From Bugula neritina (taxonomy: Eukaryota; Animalia; Bryozoa), in contig OZ037767.1 in NCBI GenBank assembly GCA_964035545.1, positions 17,419,781-17,483,780 on the forward strand: a stretch of DNA of 64,000 nt, read 5' to 3'. Both the position numbers and the translations under genes were made by a program. A model generated the notes under the pieces. That model was not told the origin of the DNA. It worked only from the letters and a program-made list of their open reading frames with translations, and did not search any database. Every line of letters starts with the position of its first letter. The first letter of the stretch is position 1. Below, piece after piece: positions 1 through 13,894 of this stretch.

Positions 1-134
1 CATATACTGACATATATACTGACACTTACATTGTTAATTATAAGGTTTCAAAAGCAGCTTGTAAAAGCATGAGTAATTTCAACTAGGCCGGGGTAGCTAC
101 CAGAGCCGCTGCCGAGAGCAGCAGATGATCTCAC

Positions 135-1783
135 CTTGTAAAACTTATCTCTCAGAGCCAAGAGCGTTTCATCTTCTCCTTCCTCTTTCTCAAGGACGGC
201 CATCTTGACTCTCTCGTTGTCCCCGACCAGCACGTTGGCATTGAGTCCCGGGTAAATGTACTTCTTGTGCTTAGCTGGAAAGGAGAGTAGAGCACTAGAT
301 GCTACACTGAGCTGTACATATGCCCAAACATTCCAGTAATTTAATTCAAGAACTCAGCCTAAATCTTCGTGGATGAATGCTTTTAATAAAAAACCTCTCC
401 AAGTTTTTTATCTAAAGCTGCATAACAAAGTTTTGATGCTGAGACTAACCTATGCAGTTATGTTATACAGTAATATAGTAATGTTATACAGTAATATAGT
501 AATACAGCAATACGATTATATTATACAGTAATACAGTAATACGGTTGTACTATAGAGTAACACATGAGATAATAAAGAGAGGACTTACAGTATCCTAGCC
601 GTTTACCGAGGTGTATATTAACGACTCTCTTTGATGATCCTCTCTTCCCTCTGCCCTTCTTCTTACCTGCATTACTCACTCCTGAGCAGCCATCCCACAG
701 CTGGCCCAGTGACACTACACCATATAGTAATATAATATGTATCATGTATGTAGTAATATAATATGTATCATGTATGTAGTAATATAATATGTATCATGTA
801 ATATAGTAATATAATATAGTAATATACACTACACCATATAGTAATATAATATGTATCATGTAATATGGTAATATACACACAGCCTATAGTAATATAATAT
901 AGTAATATACACACAGGATGTAGTAATATAGTAATATACGCACAGCCTATAGTAATATAGTAATATACACTACACCATATAGTAATATAATATGTATCAT
1001 GTATGTAGTAATATAGACTACAGCCTATAGTAATATAATATAGTAATATACATGGCACATAGTAATATCATATAAATCAGTTTATCACATTGGTGTGACA
1101 ACTCCAAACACATTAGCTAATTTTTTAATAAAAGTAATTCCCTAGAATACTACTAATTCTCACTGTTAGTGAAAGTTGAACTGTGACGTGATGACAGAGC
1201 TGGTGACATCATCGCGACGGGAGCTGAACAGACCGTCTTCTGGGTGTTTACCTCTACAAAATTCACATCACCTTGTACAGCAGGTATAACTATGATACTA
1301 TATCACCTTGTACAGCAGGTATAACTATGATACTATATCACCTTGTACAGCAGGTATAACTATGATACTATATCACCTTGTACAGCAGGTATAACTATGA
1401 TACTATATCACCTTGTACAGCAGGTATAACTATGGTAATATATCACCTTGTACAGCAGGTATAACTATGATACTATATCACTTTGTACAGCAGGTATAAC
1501 TATGATATTATATCACCTTGTACAGCAGGTATAACTATGATACTATATCACCTTGTACAGTAGGTATAACTATGATACTATATCACCTTGTACAGCAGGT
1601 ATAACTATGATACTATATCACCTTGTACAGCAGGTATGACTAAGATACTATATCACCTTGTACAGCAGGTATATAGTGGCGAGGCCTGCGAAGGGAGAAC
1701 ATACCTTTATGAATACAACCTCTGAGAAGGGGAGACAACCTATTGACCAGAATATTTCTGAGAGAGTTGGGAACAGCCAACAT
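135..1783 (-). CDS. MRPS5: Mitochondrial ribosomal protein S5 (uS5m), 5' part; exons 1783-1657, 1253-1164 (or 1271-1164), 714-589, 274-135; continues beyond the window start
   Basis: Exons join in frame at GT/AG sites. An Arg-rich transit-peptide-like N-terminus (MLAVPNSLRNILVNRLSPLLRG) is followed by STFTN-MSLGQLWDGCSGVSNAGKKKGRGKR...LGKRLGY...YIYPGLN, which matches the MRPS5 motifs LWKG...GAKKGRGKR and WPGLN. Confidence 0.88.
716..1070. repeat. Degenerate minisatellite (tagtaatata-based) abutting the acceptor of MRPS5 intron 2
   Basis: Visible tandem units. The acceptor context cactacaccatatagtaata (713-732) recurs at about 827-846 and 968-987. Confidence 0.85.
1268..1676. repeat. 35-bp minisatellite (about 11.5 copies) making up MRPS5 intron 1; unit contains exon end + AG|GT
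   Basis: Unit tatcaccttgtacagcaggtataactatgatacta. On the sense strand it reads TATACCTGCTGTACAAG|GTGATA. Confidence 0.95.
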
Positions 1784-2206
1784 CTGTAAAAACCAAAGTT
1801 TAAAGTTCCAATCCAGCCAACAACAAACAATACAAAAATTTTACTCAACAGGTGAAGGTAATTTTGTGACTTTGGAAAAATATTTGAGCAAAAATAGTAA
1901 AAAAATAAAAAATTCTAAGAGAATATAAATATGACTGCGTATTTGTCTGTGATATGATATATACATTAGCTTGCAGACACATTAATTATTGTTGGGTCTT
2001 TTATTTCAATATTGGTTTGTATGAAAAGAACTTATGGATGGTACAAAAACTACCTAAACACATGTAAAAGTGTATTCTAGCCTATTCAAAGATGCATTAA
2101 TTAAAATTATTGCAAACCAATAAGTGTTATTTAAGTGAATGCAGTATTATAGCACACTATATTAAAAAGATGAGTTTATTGCAGTCAATATTCCTATAAT
2201 ATCAAC

Positions 2207-2243
2207 GTTTCCATAGAAACAGCAGACACCTTTCCGTAGCAAC
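2207..2243. promoter_or_regulatory. Pair of RFX X-box-like motifs
   Basis: GTTTCCATAGAAAC (2207-2220) and CTTTCCGTAGCAAC (2230-2243), compared with the consensus GTNRCC-AT-RGNAAC. Confidence 0.5.
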
Positions 2244-5200
2244 AGCTGTATTAATCAGAGCAAAAAAAAACTGAACACATTCTATATCAAATTTAAACTA
2301 GGCAAAACTATATATTACTATTATTTTAAGTTATAATTATGTTAGTAAAACTATTGAATAAACTAGCAAATGAAAACAAGTAATTCTGATAGCATTATAC
2401 TACTTAATACTACTACTAGGTCTAGTAACTACTAGTAAGTCACAGTCAATCACAATGATTATAACATTATTGTAAGCTAAGTTTAACTAATTAAGTAAAC
2501 AAGTTAGCCATATAAATAGATAAACCTGAATTTAATTTTAGTTCACTCGTCTACGTTTTATTAAACTAAAATTTGAATATTGAAACATATTTAATGTATT
2601 ATCAGTATTACAGCTACAAGTAGACTATAACACTGACATCATCACAATGTATATGTCGGTAGAGACTAATTGTGATAGCCGTACTCAGACACAGAATGAC
2701 TTTCCAAGTCAACCTTCAATATTAAAGTAAATCATTGATTTAGTAAACTGTAAAAGTGATAACTGATGAGTTATCACTTTTACGTTTAGACTCAGTGCTA
2801 GCTCCGATGGTCTTAAATAAAGTCATACACGTATTTTTCAAACACCGTATTTACTTTCTTATTCTCAAATTTAATAATTATAATTGACTTTATCAATAAC
2901 ATTTAATTTTATTGGCTTTTATGAATTTTATTTAAAAAATTAAAACTTACAAGTGTTATTACAACTGTTACTATTAGTATAATCATTACTTGATTATTAT
3001 TAGTTTTACTGCTGCAATGTTTCAATTTACGTTTCAGTTTCAACTTAGCTACATGTTATAATACATTTTTGTTATAACATATATTTTTATTTATAAATAT
3101 GATAAACCCAAATAAATCAACACAAGAGACAAACCTCAGACTCAGAGGCACTCGTGGATTTAAATATAACCTATACTTATAGCCACAGACATAGGATCAA
3201 CTTAAAGTAAGTTCGAGTAAATGAGTCAGTTCGAGTGTCACTAGGACTGAAGTGTTCTAACTTTTACAAACTCGGAGTGGGTTATTTTTTAAAAAAAAAA
3301 AGGTTAGTACTTAGTGGTTACTATACTTATACTAATAATAATACTACCAATAGTAATGGTAATACTGAGCTAATACTATATTTAGTTTAAGTTAAACGTA
3401 TAGATAACTGAACCATGTTTGTTAGTGCTCCAAAATTAAAAATTAAAACAAAAATCATTAAAATAAATCAAATACTAATACTAATAGTAATAGTAATAGA
3501 TTTAAAAATTTAATTTAAACTCAAATTCAGATTGAAATTGTCAAATAAAACTGCTAACTACTACTAGTGCTAACATAAATATGAGTAATAATAATTATAA
3601 CATTTCTATCAACACCAAAAGTATTAATTAAAAGTAGTTAAAAATAAAAGTATTTTAAGTGTAACTGTAAAACGTTACTAGTTACTAGTCATGTAACACT
3701 TCAAATTAAATAAAAAATATGGGATTAGAGTGAAGGTCGAGTTAATGTTACCGGAAATAGAGCTCGGGATATACGTGCTTTATGTGCTACACAGTTTGTA
3801 TAGTGCGGAAAGTTTTATTGTAGATCAATGTGGCAGTACTAGATAAAACCCGTCAAACAATGATACGAACAATTTAGGAAGTTAGGTTTCGTTGTCTCTT
3901 GATTCATGCAGACAATGGTAGTGAATCCTTACTCCTTACTCCCTGCATGACTATCGAACTTTGATGGCTGATACCAGTCTTGACCTGACGCAGCTGAAGA
4001 TAAAGCAACTATATTAGCATATAATCTCATCCTAGTGACAATTTTATTGATTCTATTACTTCTGAATGAAACAGTTAAGTACATTGCTTTGTTTTCAATT
4101 CATAGCAAGTTTATGATTATTAATTATAATAATTATAATCATAATATTAATAAGAAATAATATTAATTAACAGCTTTTAATCATTTTTTTATTAAAACAT
4201 TAAATTAACATTCTATACACTTTAAATTTGAACTTTTACAAAGTCATCATATAAAATTATCAGGTTATTGACTATACCATACTGATAGTGATAGGTATAC
4301 ACCTATGCCTATGGCTTAGAGGCACTACTAATAGTAGTACTAGTAGAAATACTAATAGTATTACTAGTGCTAGTAGTATTATACTTAGTGCTAGTAAGTA
4401 CTAGTACAGTAGTATTACTAGTACTACTAGTAGTATTACTCAATATACTCATAGTATCATACTTATAGTTATTAGGATGACTATTGTGACATTGAAGATC
4501 TGATATTCAGGTGGTGAAAACCATTTGCTTTATTATATCCCATTTAGACTATAAGCCTAAAGTCTTGGGCCGGGCTGGAAAATCAAATCTAAACCTGAAT
4601 ACATTCCATTTGATTCCAATGCTGACTTTACTGATGCAAGCTGCTGCAGCTAAATATAGACCTATATGTAACTGAAAACACCATTTAATTGTGTATTAAA
4701 ACGGCATATCATATCTTCTTTTTATAATTATACTCATGAATTCCAATCTGCAAGATGATTTAGTGCTTTAGTCTTGTTAAGTTTTATTTTTTCTTACATA
4801 GCAATTATCTAAAGTCTAGATTTCATTACTTTAAAGCCAAAACTGACTTTTTTATAACTGTTTAATGAAATAGCTTATTTAATACATTGAAAAGTTTTTT
4901 TAGTGTCTGCTTTAAGATTATATAGATATTGTATAAATGTTTATACAAAACCGGCATTAATTTAATGTGTTAACACTGTACAGGTAAACTTATTGTAAAC
5001 ATAATCAAATCGCTGCAACGCTTTTAATTCATATATGTAGGGTTTTGCTTTATTGATTCGATTTTTCAAAAAAGTTACAAACTAAAAATATCTTTGTTTC
5101 AAGTTGTCAAAATACTTGTAAAATGGTAAAATATAGTGATGTGTGTACTAAAACCCAATTTTGTCCTGTAGTTAAAGCAAATTAACATTTAGTTTCAAAT

Positions 5201-5301
5201 AAATTGCTGTTCAAGTTTAAAAAGCATATCATGATAACATAATGACAGTTTGAATTGCTCTATATTCTGTTGTTAACTTGATATAATGTTCAGACAGCCT
5301 T

Positions 5302-6392
5302 CTAATCTGTACTTTGCTCTGTATTGACAAAGTCCACAGTATTTTGAGGTGGCCACTTTTTCCAACACTCCACGCAGTAAATCTGTAAAATCACATCTTT
5401 TATTATAATAATTATATGCTATTGATCGTATTAATACTTCAATATTTTTTAGAACTTGCAAAGATTAAATAACTTATATACTTTAGTGATTTCCACAGCT
5501 GAAGTAAAAAAAACAAATATTATTGTACTTTTTTCTAGCCCAAAATACTTTACCAATTGATATATATTTGTCTTACCAGTCCAACGTTCTCAATTAAATC
5601 ACAACAGCTTGGGGTTGGTGGGGTGGCCAAAGGTTGGTCTGTGAGTAGAGGACTCAACTTTATATTTGTAAAAATAGAGAGTCCCCTAAAGTCTTGACTA
5701 GAAGAAGTTTTAGGTTCAGTGAAGCCTGTGGTAGCATTGTTCGTTGCATCATCTCTCAAAGTTTCACAGCTGTAGTCGTCATTCAAACTTCTGACATCAC
5801 GTGCCCCCTTATTAGTTTGTGGACAAGCTTCTGTTGATTCAAAGCTACCACTGAGTTCTGGAATGCTATCCAAGTCTGAATATTCTCCAATTTCTGAGCC
5901 CTCCCAAATTTCTGATATCTGCTCCACTCCTGAAATGCTCTGAAATTCTGAAATACTGTTACATTCTGAATCACTTCCCACTTCTGAACTGCCTTTTACT
6001 CCAGAATCATCTTCTGAGCTTCTGCTGTTTGGAAGTGTTGGGTTAGGGCTAAAGGCTTTGTTTTTATCTTCAGGTGTTCTACTAAACTTACAGTTGTCAT
6101 CCATTTCCAAACTATCTCCATCTCTATAACTGAAAAACCATGACACGTTTTTCAGTTATCTATGCTAAACCAGCAGTAAAGATTCAAAATGAGTAATCAA
6201 AACTTATAAATTTTGAGTTGGCAACCAAAATAATGTTTATGAAATTGCTGACCAAAGAATTACAAGAGCATAACCACAAGTTTAGTACTTACTGGGAAGG
6301 CTCATCATCTTTGAGTAAATCTTCTAGAGCTGACTTCACTTGCTTGAAAAACTCCTCATTTAAGCAGCAGTTATCATCCAAACCATGCAGAC
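5302..6392 (-). CDS. Uncharacterised spliced gene (Ser/Glu-rich, Cys-containing C-terminus); exons 6392-6293, 6129-5577, 5382-5302; further 5' exons likely near 6990-7430
   Basis: Splice sites are phase-compatible (CA|gtaagt, ttcag|T, CTG|gtaaga, ttacag|ATT) and give ...DDEPSHYRDGDSLEM...PSCCDLIENVGLIYCVECWKKWPPQ...STD*. I recognise no homologue, and the 5' end is unresolved. Confidence 0.5.
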
Positions 6393-8619
6393 CTTTTTAT
6401 AACGTAAAATAAATGTTTAATATTTAAGTTGTCCTCTATTAAACTTTGAAACTCACTTTTGTGTTTATTCAACAAAATACTCTTCACCTTCAGGTTTGGA
6501 GAAAAACTAGAGATATGAATTTGGCTAGGTATAGCTTATAAGCATTAGACTATTAAGTATGAGATTTCACCTCATTTATATTACCTACTCTTTATTTCAA
6601 ATTTAGAGCTTTCACTTTTAGGTATATATGTACACAGTATGCCTAATAAACCTTATAATTAATTGAAAGCTATAACATTCTTGAGCATTTATGAAATTAT
6701 CACCAATTATTAGTATTATTTGTGCTAACATTTGACTTTCACTCTGTACAATATAAAATATAATAGCAATACTCATACATATAAATATAAAATGGGAGAA
6801 TAAATTATGCTGCATGAATTCATAATATTTTATATTATAAGGAACCTGAATACATTTTTTTTTTTAAATAAAAGTTTTAAAGTAAGATATTATTTGTTGG
6901 TTCTCAAAGCCCAACCATTGTAAGTAAGTACATTAACGCTCCAACTAAAAATATTACAACTACATAAATTTTAAGGAAAAAAATCCACTTACATCTTTCT
7001 TCCATTCTTGAAAGCCAAGACTTATACTGGAGCTGATGGTACAAAGTACTGTTGGCTCTAACTGGACCTAACTCAGATACTTGAGTTGAAAGTATTAAAC
7101 CATGTTGATTGGAGAGATGTGGAGAGAAGAGTCACCCTACCTAGTGTTGGTGGATGTGCTTTGTGCCAGCTTTTAAACAACACAGCTTTCAAATCAATGA
7201 AGTGCCACACAAAGGCCATTGTGCCAATAGCCCTATTTTCAGCTTGTTTCTGTATAATTATACAGCTTTGAATGCAGCTGTGCTTTTCGCTGGAAGCTGA
7301 TTTATCCAAGAAACTGTGCTTTGGTTTTGGGGGTCCTTTTGTATGAATTTTTCGGGCTGGCCTTGCAGAGTAGACAATTTGTCATTGTACTCGAGTTGCA
7401 AGAAATCATATTCCATAATTTAACAGTTTCTGGTGGTAGAAGAGAAATAAATAATCATACACATTTTCTTAAACAACAGAGATAGCTTCTTGCGACATCT
7501 TGTTGTGAATACTTTAAATGAGCTTCTATTTTAAATAGTCCAACAGACTTTTGACTTTTTTCTATCATTTTTGTTCATGCCTACTTATATTATAGCCAGT
7601 ATTTACACTGAATTTTGCAACGTGTTGTCATTTCTGTTATATGGCAATAAATCAATCAATCAACAATTTCCAGGCTCAAAAAAATTTAACAAAAATATTA
7701 CGAATAGCAGTGTTTTTGTCAATGAAACTATTTTTATTTGCACTGCACATATTTTTGATAGCTTATAATCATATTGATGCTGTAGATGATAATAATTAAA
7801 AAAATTCTCATCGATAATACAACATTTTTCTCATTGTGGTGATAAAAGCAATAGCAGTTGCAATAGCAAAAGCAATATTTAGCCATTATGACAGTTTCTA
7901 GTATCTAAAAGCATTACCGAATTTAAAAATAGAATGATACTTATATATAGTTCATTGAAAGATACCGAGAAATAATTTTTTCAAGAAAATATAAGGTCAA
8001 CTGGAAAAGTTGCACCAAAAAATAATTTCATTTATAAAGGGTTGTAGGAATTTTTCAGATTATTATTAACTACAGTCTGTTAGTACAGCTTGTGTCATTA
8101 TACGTGGTAATAAAATCAGCCTCACTTGAGAAATTACCATCTTACTGTAAGAATTACTTTTCATAGAGCATAATTAGTTTTTCTAAAACCGCTGCACCCC
8201 AGTTCATTTAATAATGCTATCAATTCTGAAAGTTCGCCAACTAAAAATCGTTTTATCTCCCAATAACCTTTCCTTATAGCTGTATTGAAACCTTTGTGAG
8301 CTATCCTTAAATTAGATATAATTTCAGATGCTAATTACTGTCATTAGAAAGCCAGAACTTGCAGTATTTCTATGGTATGTTATAGTTCTATTGTCTGTAT
8401 AAAACCCCTCATTTTAGACATTAATATTTACACCTGACTTTGTACGATGAATGAAAACTCAGTAAATATATGAAATTAAAATCCTATAAATAGACATTTT
8501 TAGGGAAAGTGGAATGCTTATAACGTTATAGTGCTATAAGTACAAAAATCACCATGTCTTAGCATTATCCTACATGCTAACTGAATGACTTTAGCTTCAT
8601 ATATTATAGTGGCCTATAC

Positions 8620-11600
8620 ATTCTCTACTCACTCTATCTCTATATTATAGTATATATTCTCTACTCACTCTATCTCTATATTATATAGTATATATTCACT
8701 ACTCACTCTATCTCTATATTATATAGTATATATTCTCTACTCACTCTATCTCTATATTATATAGTATATATTCACTACTCACTCTATCTCTATATTATAT
8801 AGTATATATTCACTACTCACTCTATCTCTATATTATATAGTATATATTCACTACTCACTCTATCTCTATATTATAGTATATATTCACTACTCACTCTATC
8901 TCTATATTATATAGTATATATTCACTACTCACTCTATCTCTATATTATATAGTATATATTCACTACTCACTATATCTCTATATTATATAGTATATATTCA
9001 CTACTCACTATATCTCTATATTATAGTATATATTCACTACTCACTCTATCTCTATATTATAGTATATATTCACTACTCACTCTATCTCTATATTATAGTA
9101 TATATTCACTACTCACTATATCTCTATATTATAGTATATATTCACTACTCACTCTATCTCTATATTATAGTATATATTCACTACTCACTCTATCTCTATA
9201 TTATATAGTATATATTCACTACTCACTCTATCTCTATATTATATAGTATATATTCTCTACTCACTCTATCTCTATATTATATAGTATATATTCACTACTC
9301 ACTCTATCTCTATATTATATAGTATATATTCACTACTCACTCTATCTCTATATTATAGTATATATTCACTACTCACTCTATCTCTATATTATATAGTATA
9401 TATTCACTACTCACTCTATCTCTATATTATAGTATATATTCACTACTCACTCTATCTCTATATTATATAGTATATATTCACTACTCACTCTATCTCTATA
9501 TTATATAGTATATATTCACTACTCACTATATCTCTATATTATATAGTATATATTCACTACTCACTCTATCTCTATATTATATAGTATATATTCACTACTC
9601 ACTATCTCTATATTATATAGTATATATTCACTACTCACTCTATATTATATAGTATATATTCATTACTCACTCTATCTCTATATTATAGTATATATTCACT
9701 ACTCACTCTATCTTTATATTATATAGTATATATTCACTACTCACACTATCTCTATATTATATAGTATATATTCACTACTCACTCTATCTCTATATTATAT
9801 AGTATATATTCATTACTCACTCTATCTCTATATTATATAGTATATATTCACTACTCACTCTATCTCTATATTATAGTATATATTCACTACTCACTCTATC
9901 TCTATATTATAGTATATATTCTCTACTCACTCTATCTCTATATTATAGTATATATTCACTACTCACTCTATCTCTATATTATATAGTATATATTCTCTAC
10001 TCACTCTATCTCTATATTATAGTATATATTCACTACTCACTCTATCTCTATATTATAGTATATATTCACTACTCACTCTATCTCTATATTATATAGTATA
10101 TATTCACTACTCACTCTATCTCTATATTATATAGTATATATTCACTACTCACTCTATCTCTATATTATAGTATATATTCACTACTCACTCTATCTCTATA
10201 TTATATAGTATATATTCACTACTCACTCTATCTTTATATTATATAGTATATATTCACTACTCACACTATCTCTATATTATATAGTATATATTCACTACTC
10301 ACTCTATCTCTATATTATATAGTATATATTCATTACTCACTCTATCTCTATATTATATAGTATATATTCACTACTCACTCTATCTTTATATTATATAGTA
10401 TATATTCACTACTCACTCTATCTCTATATTATAGTATATATTCACTACTCACTCTATCTCTATATTATAGTATATATTCACTACTCACTCTATCTCTATA
10501 TTATAGTATATATTCACTACTCACTCTATCTCTATATTATATAGTATATATTCATTACTCACTCTATCTCTATATTATAGTATATATTCACTACTCACAC
10601 TATCTCTATATTATATAGTATATATTCACTACTCACTCTATCTCTATATTATAGTATATATTCACTACTCACTCTATCTCTATATTATAGTATATATTCA
10701 CTACTCACTCTATCTCTATATTATAGTATATATTCACTACTCACTCTATCTCTATATTATAGTATATATTCACTACTCACTCTATCTCTATATTATATAG
10801 TATATATTCACTACTCACTCTATCTCTATATTATATAGTATATATTCACTACTCACTCTATCTCTATATTATAGTATATATTCACTACTCACTCTATCTC
10901 TATATTATATAGTATATATTCACTATTCACTCTATCTCTATATTATATAGTATATATTCACTACTCACTCTATCTCTATATTATAGTATATATTCACTAC
11001 TCACTCTATCTCTATATTATATAGTATATATTCACTACTCACTCTATCTCTATATTATAGTATATATTCACTACTCACTCTATCTCTATATTATATAGTA
11101 TATATTCACTACTCACTCTATCTTTATATTATATAGTATATATTCACTACTCACACTATCTCTATATTATATAGTATATATTCACTACTCACTCTATCTC
11201 TATATTATATAGTATATATTCATTACTCACTCTATCTCTATATTATATAGTATATATTCACTACTCACTCTATCTTTATATTATATAGTATATATTCACT
11301 ACTCACTCTATCTCTATATTATAGTATATATTCACTACTCACTCTATCTCTATATTATAGTATATATTCACTACTCACTCTATCTCTATATTATATAGTA
11401 TATATTCACTACTCACTCTATCTCTATATTATAGTATATATTCACTACTCACTCTATCTCTATATTATAGTATATATTCACTACTCACTCTATCTCTATA
11501 TTATAGTATATATTCACTACTCACTCTATCTCTATATTATATAGTATATATTCACTACTCACTATCTCTATATTATATAGTATATATTCACTACTCACTC

Positions 11601-13866
11601 TATCTCTATATTATATAGTATATATTCACTACTCACTATATCTCTATATTATATAGTATATATTCACTACTCACTCTATCTCTATATTATAGTATATATT
11701 CACTACTCACTCTATCTCTATATTATATAGTATATATTCACTACTCACTCTATCTCTATATTATAGTATATATTCACTACTCACTCTATCTCTATATTAT
11801 AGTATATATTCACTACTCACTATATCTCTATATTATATAGTATATATTCACTACTCACTCTATCTCTATATTATAGTATATATTCACTACTCACTCTATC
11901 TCTATATTATAGTATATATTCACTACACACTATCTCTATATTATATAGTATATATTCACTACTCACTCTATCTCTATATTATATAGTATATATTCTCTAC
12001 TCACTCTATCTCTATATTATATAGTATATATTCACTACTCACTCTATCTCTATATTATAGTATATATTCACTACTCACTCTATCTCTATATTATAGTATA
12101 TATTCACTACTCACACTATCTCTATATTATATAGTATATATTCACTACTCACTCTATCTCTATATTATATAGTATATATTCACTACTCACTCTATCTCTA
12201 TATTATATACTATATATTCACTACTCACTCTATCTCTATATTATATAGTATATATTCACTACTCACTCTATCTCTATATTATATAGTATATATTCACTAC
12301 TCACTCTATCTCTATATTATATAGTATATATTCACTACTCACTCTACCTCTATATTATAGTATATATTCACTACTCACTCTATCTCTATATAATATAGTA
12401 TATATTCACTACTCACTCTATCTCTATATTATAGTATATATTCACTACTCACTCTATCTCTATATTATATAGTATATATTCACTACTCACTCTATCTCTA
12501 TATTATATAGTATATATTCACTACTCACTATATCTCTATATTATATAGTATATATTCACTACTCACTCTATCTCTATATTATATAGTATATATTCACTAC
12601 TCACTATATCTCTATATTATAGTATATATTCACTACTCACTCTATCTCTATATTATATAGTATATATTCACTACTCACTCTATCTCTATATTATATAGTA
12701 TATATTCACTACTCACTCTATCTCTATATTATAGTATATATTCACTACTCACTATATCTCTATATTATATAGTATATATTCACTACTCACACTATCTCTA
12801 TATTATATAGTATATATTCACTACTCACTATATCTCTATATTATATAGTATATATTCACTACTCACTCTATCTCTATATTATATAGTATATATTCACTAC
12901 TCACTCTATCTCTATATTATATAGTATATATTCTCTACTCACTCTATCTCTATATTATATAGTATATATTCACTACTCACACTATCTCTATATTATATAG
13001 TATATATTCACTACTCACTATATCTCTATATTATATAGTATATATTCACTACTCACTCTATCTCTATATTATATAGTATATATTCACTACTCACTCTATC
13101 TCTATATTATATAGTATATATTCACTACTCACTATATCTCTATATTATAGTATATATTCACTACTCACTCTATCTCTATATTATATAGTATATATTCTCT
13201 ACTCACTCTATCTCTATATTATATAGTATATATTCACTACTCACTCTATCTCTATATTATATAGTATATATTCACTACTCACTCTATCTCTATATTATAT
13301 AGTATATATTCACTACTCACTATATCTCTATATTATAGTATATATTCACTACTCACTCTATCTCTATATTATATAGTATATATTCACTACTCACTCTATC
13401 TCTATATTATATAGTATATATTCACTACTCACTCTATCTCTATATTATATAGTATATATTCACTACTCACTCTATCTCTATATTATAGTATATATTCACT
13501 ACTCACTCTATCTCTATATTATATAGTATATATTCACTACTCACTCTATCTCTATATTATAGTATATATTCACTACTCACTATCTCTATATTATAGTATA
13601 TATTCACTACTCACTCTATCTCTATATTATATAGTATATATTCACTACTCACTATATCTCTATATTATATAGTATATATTCACTACTCACTATCTCTATA
13701 TTATATAGTATATATTCACTACTCACACTATCTCTATATTATATAGTATATATTCACTACTCACTCTATCTCTATATTATAGTATATATTCTCTACTCAC
13801 TCTATCTCTATATTATAGTATATATTCACTACTCACTCTATCTCTATATTATAGTATATATTCTCT
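8620..13866. repeat. About 5.2-kb AT-rich satellite, 36/38-bp unit, ending at the acceptor upstream of the SLC25A29 start codon
   Basis: Unit tatatattcactactcactctatctctatatt(at)atag. The last unit runs into ttctctgtag (13861-13870). Confidence 0.97.
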
Positions 13867-13894
13867 GTAGACTTGAGTTACCAGAAGCTAACTT

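Noticed and set aside
48-134. Extension of MRPS5 exon 4 (VRSSAALGSGSGSYPG...)
   Set aside because: There is a good donor AAG|gtgaga at 134, the extension ends in a stop, and it shows no clear MRPS5 match.
8620-13866. CRISPR-like array, also considered for the other arrays
   Set aside because: The units are head-to-tail with no unique spacers, the context is eukaryotic and intronic, and there are no cas genes.
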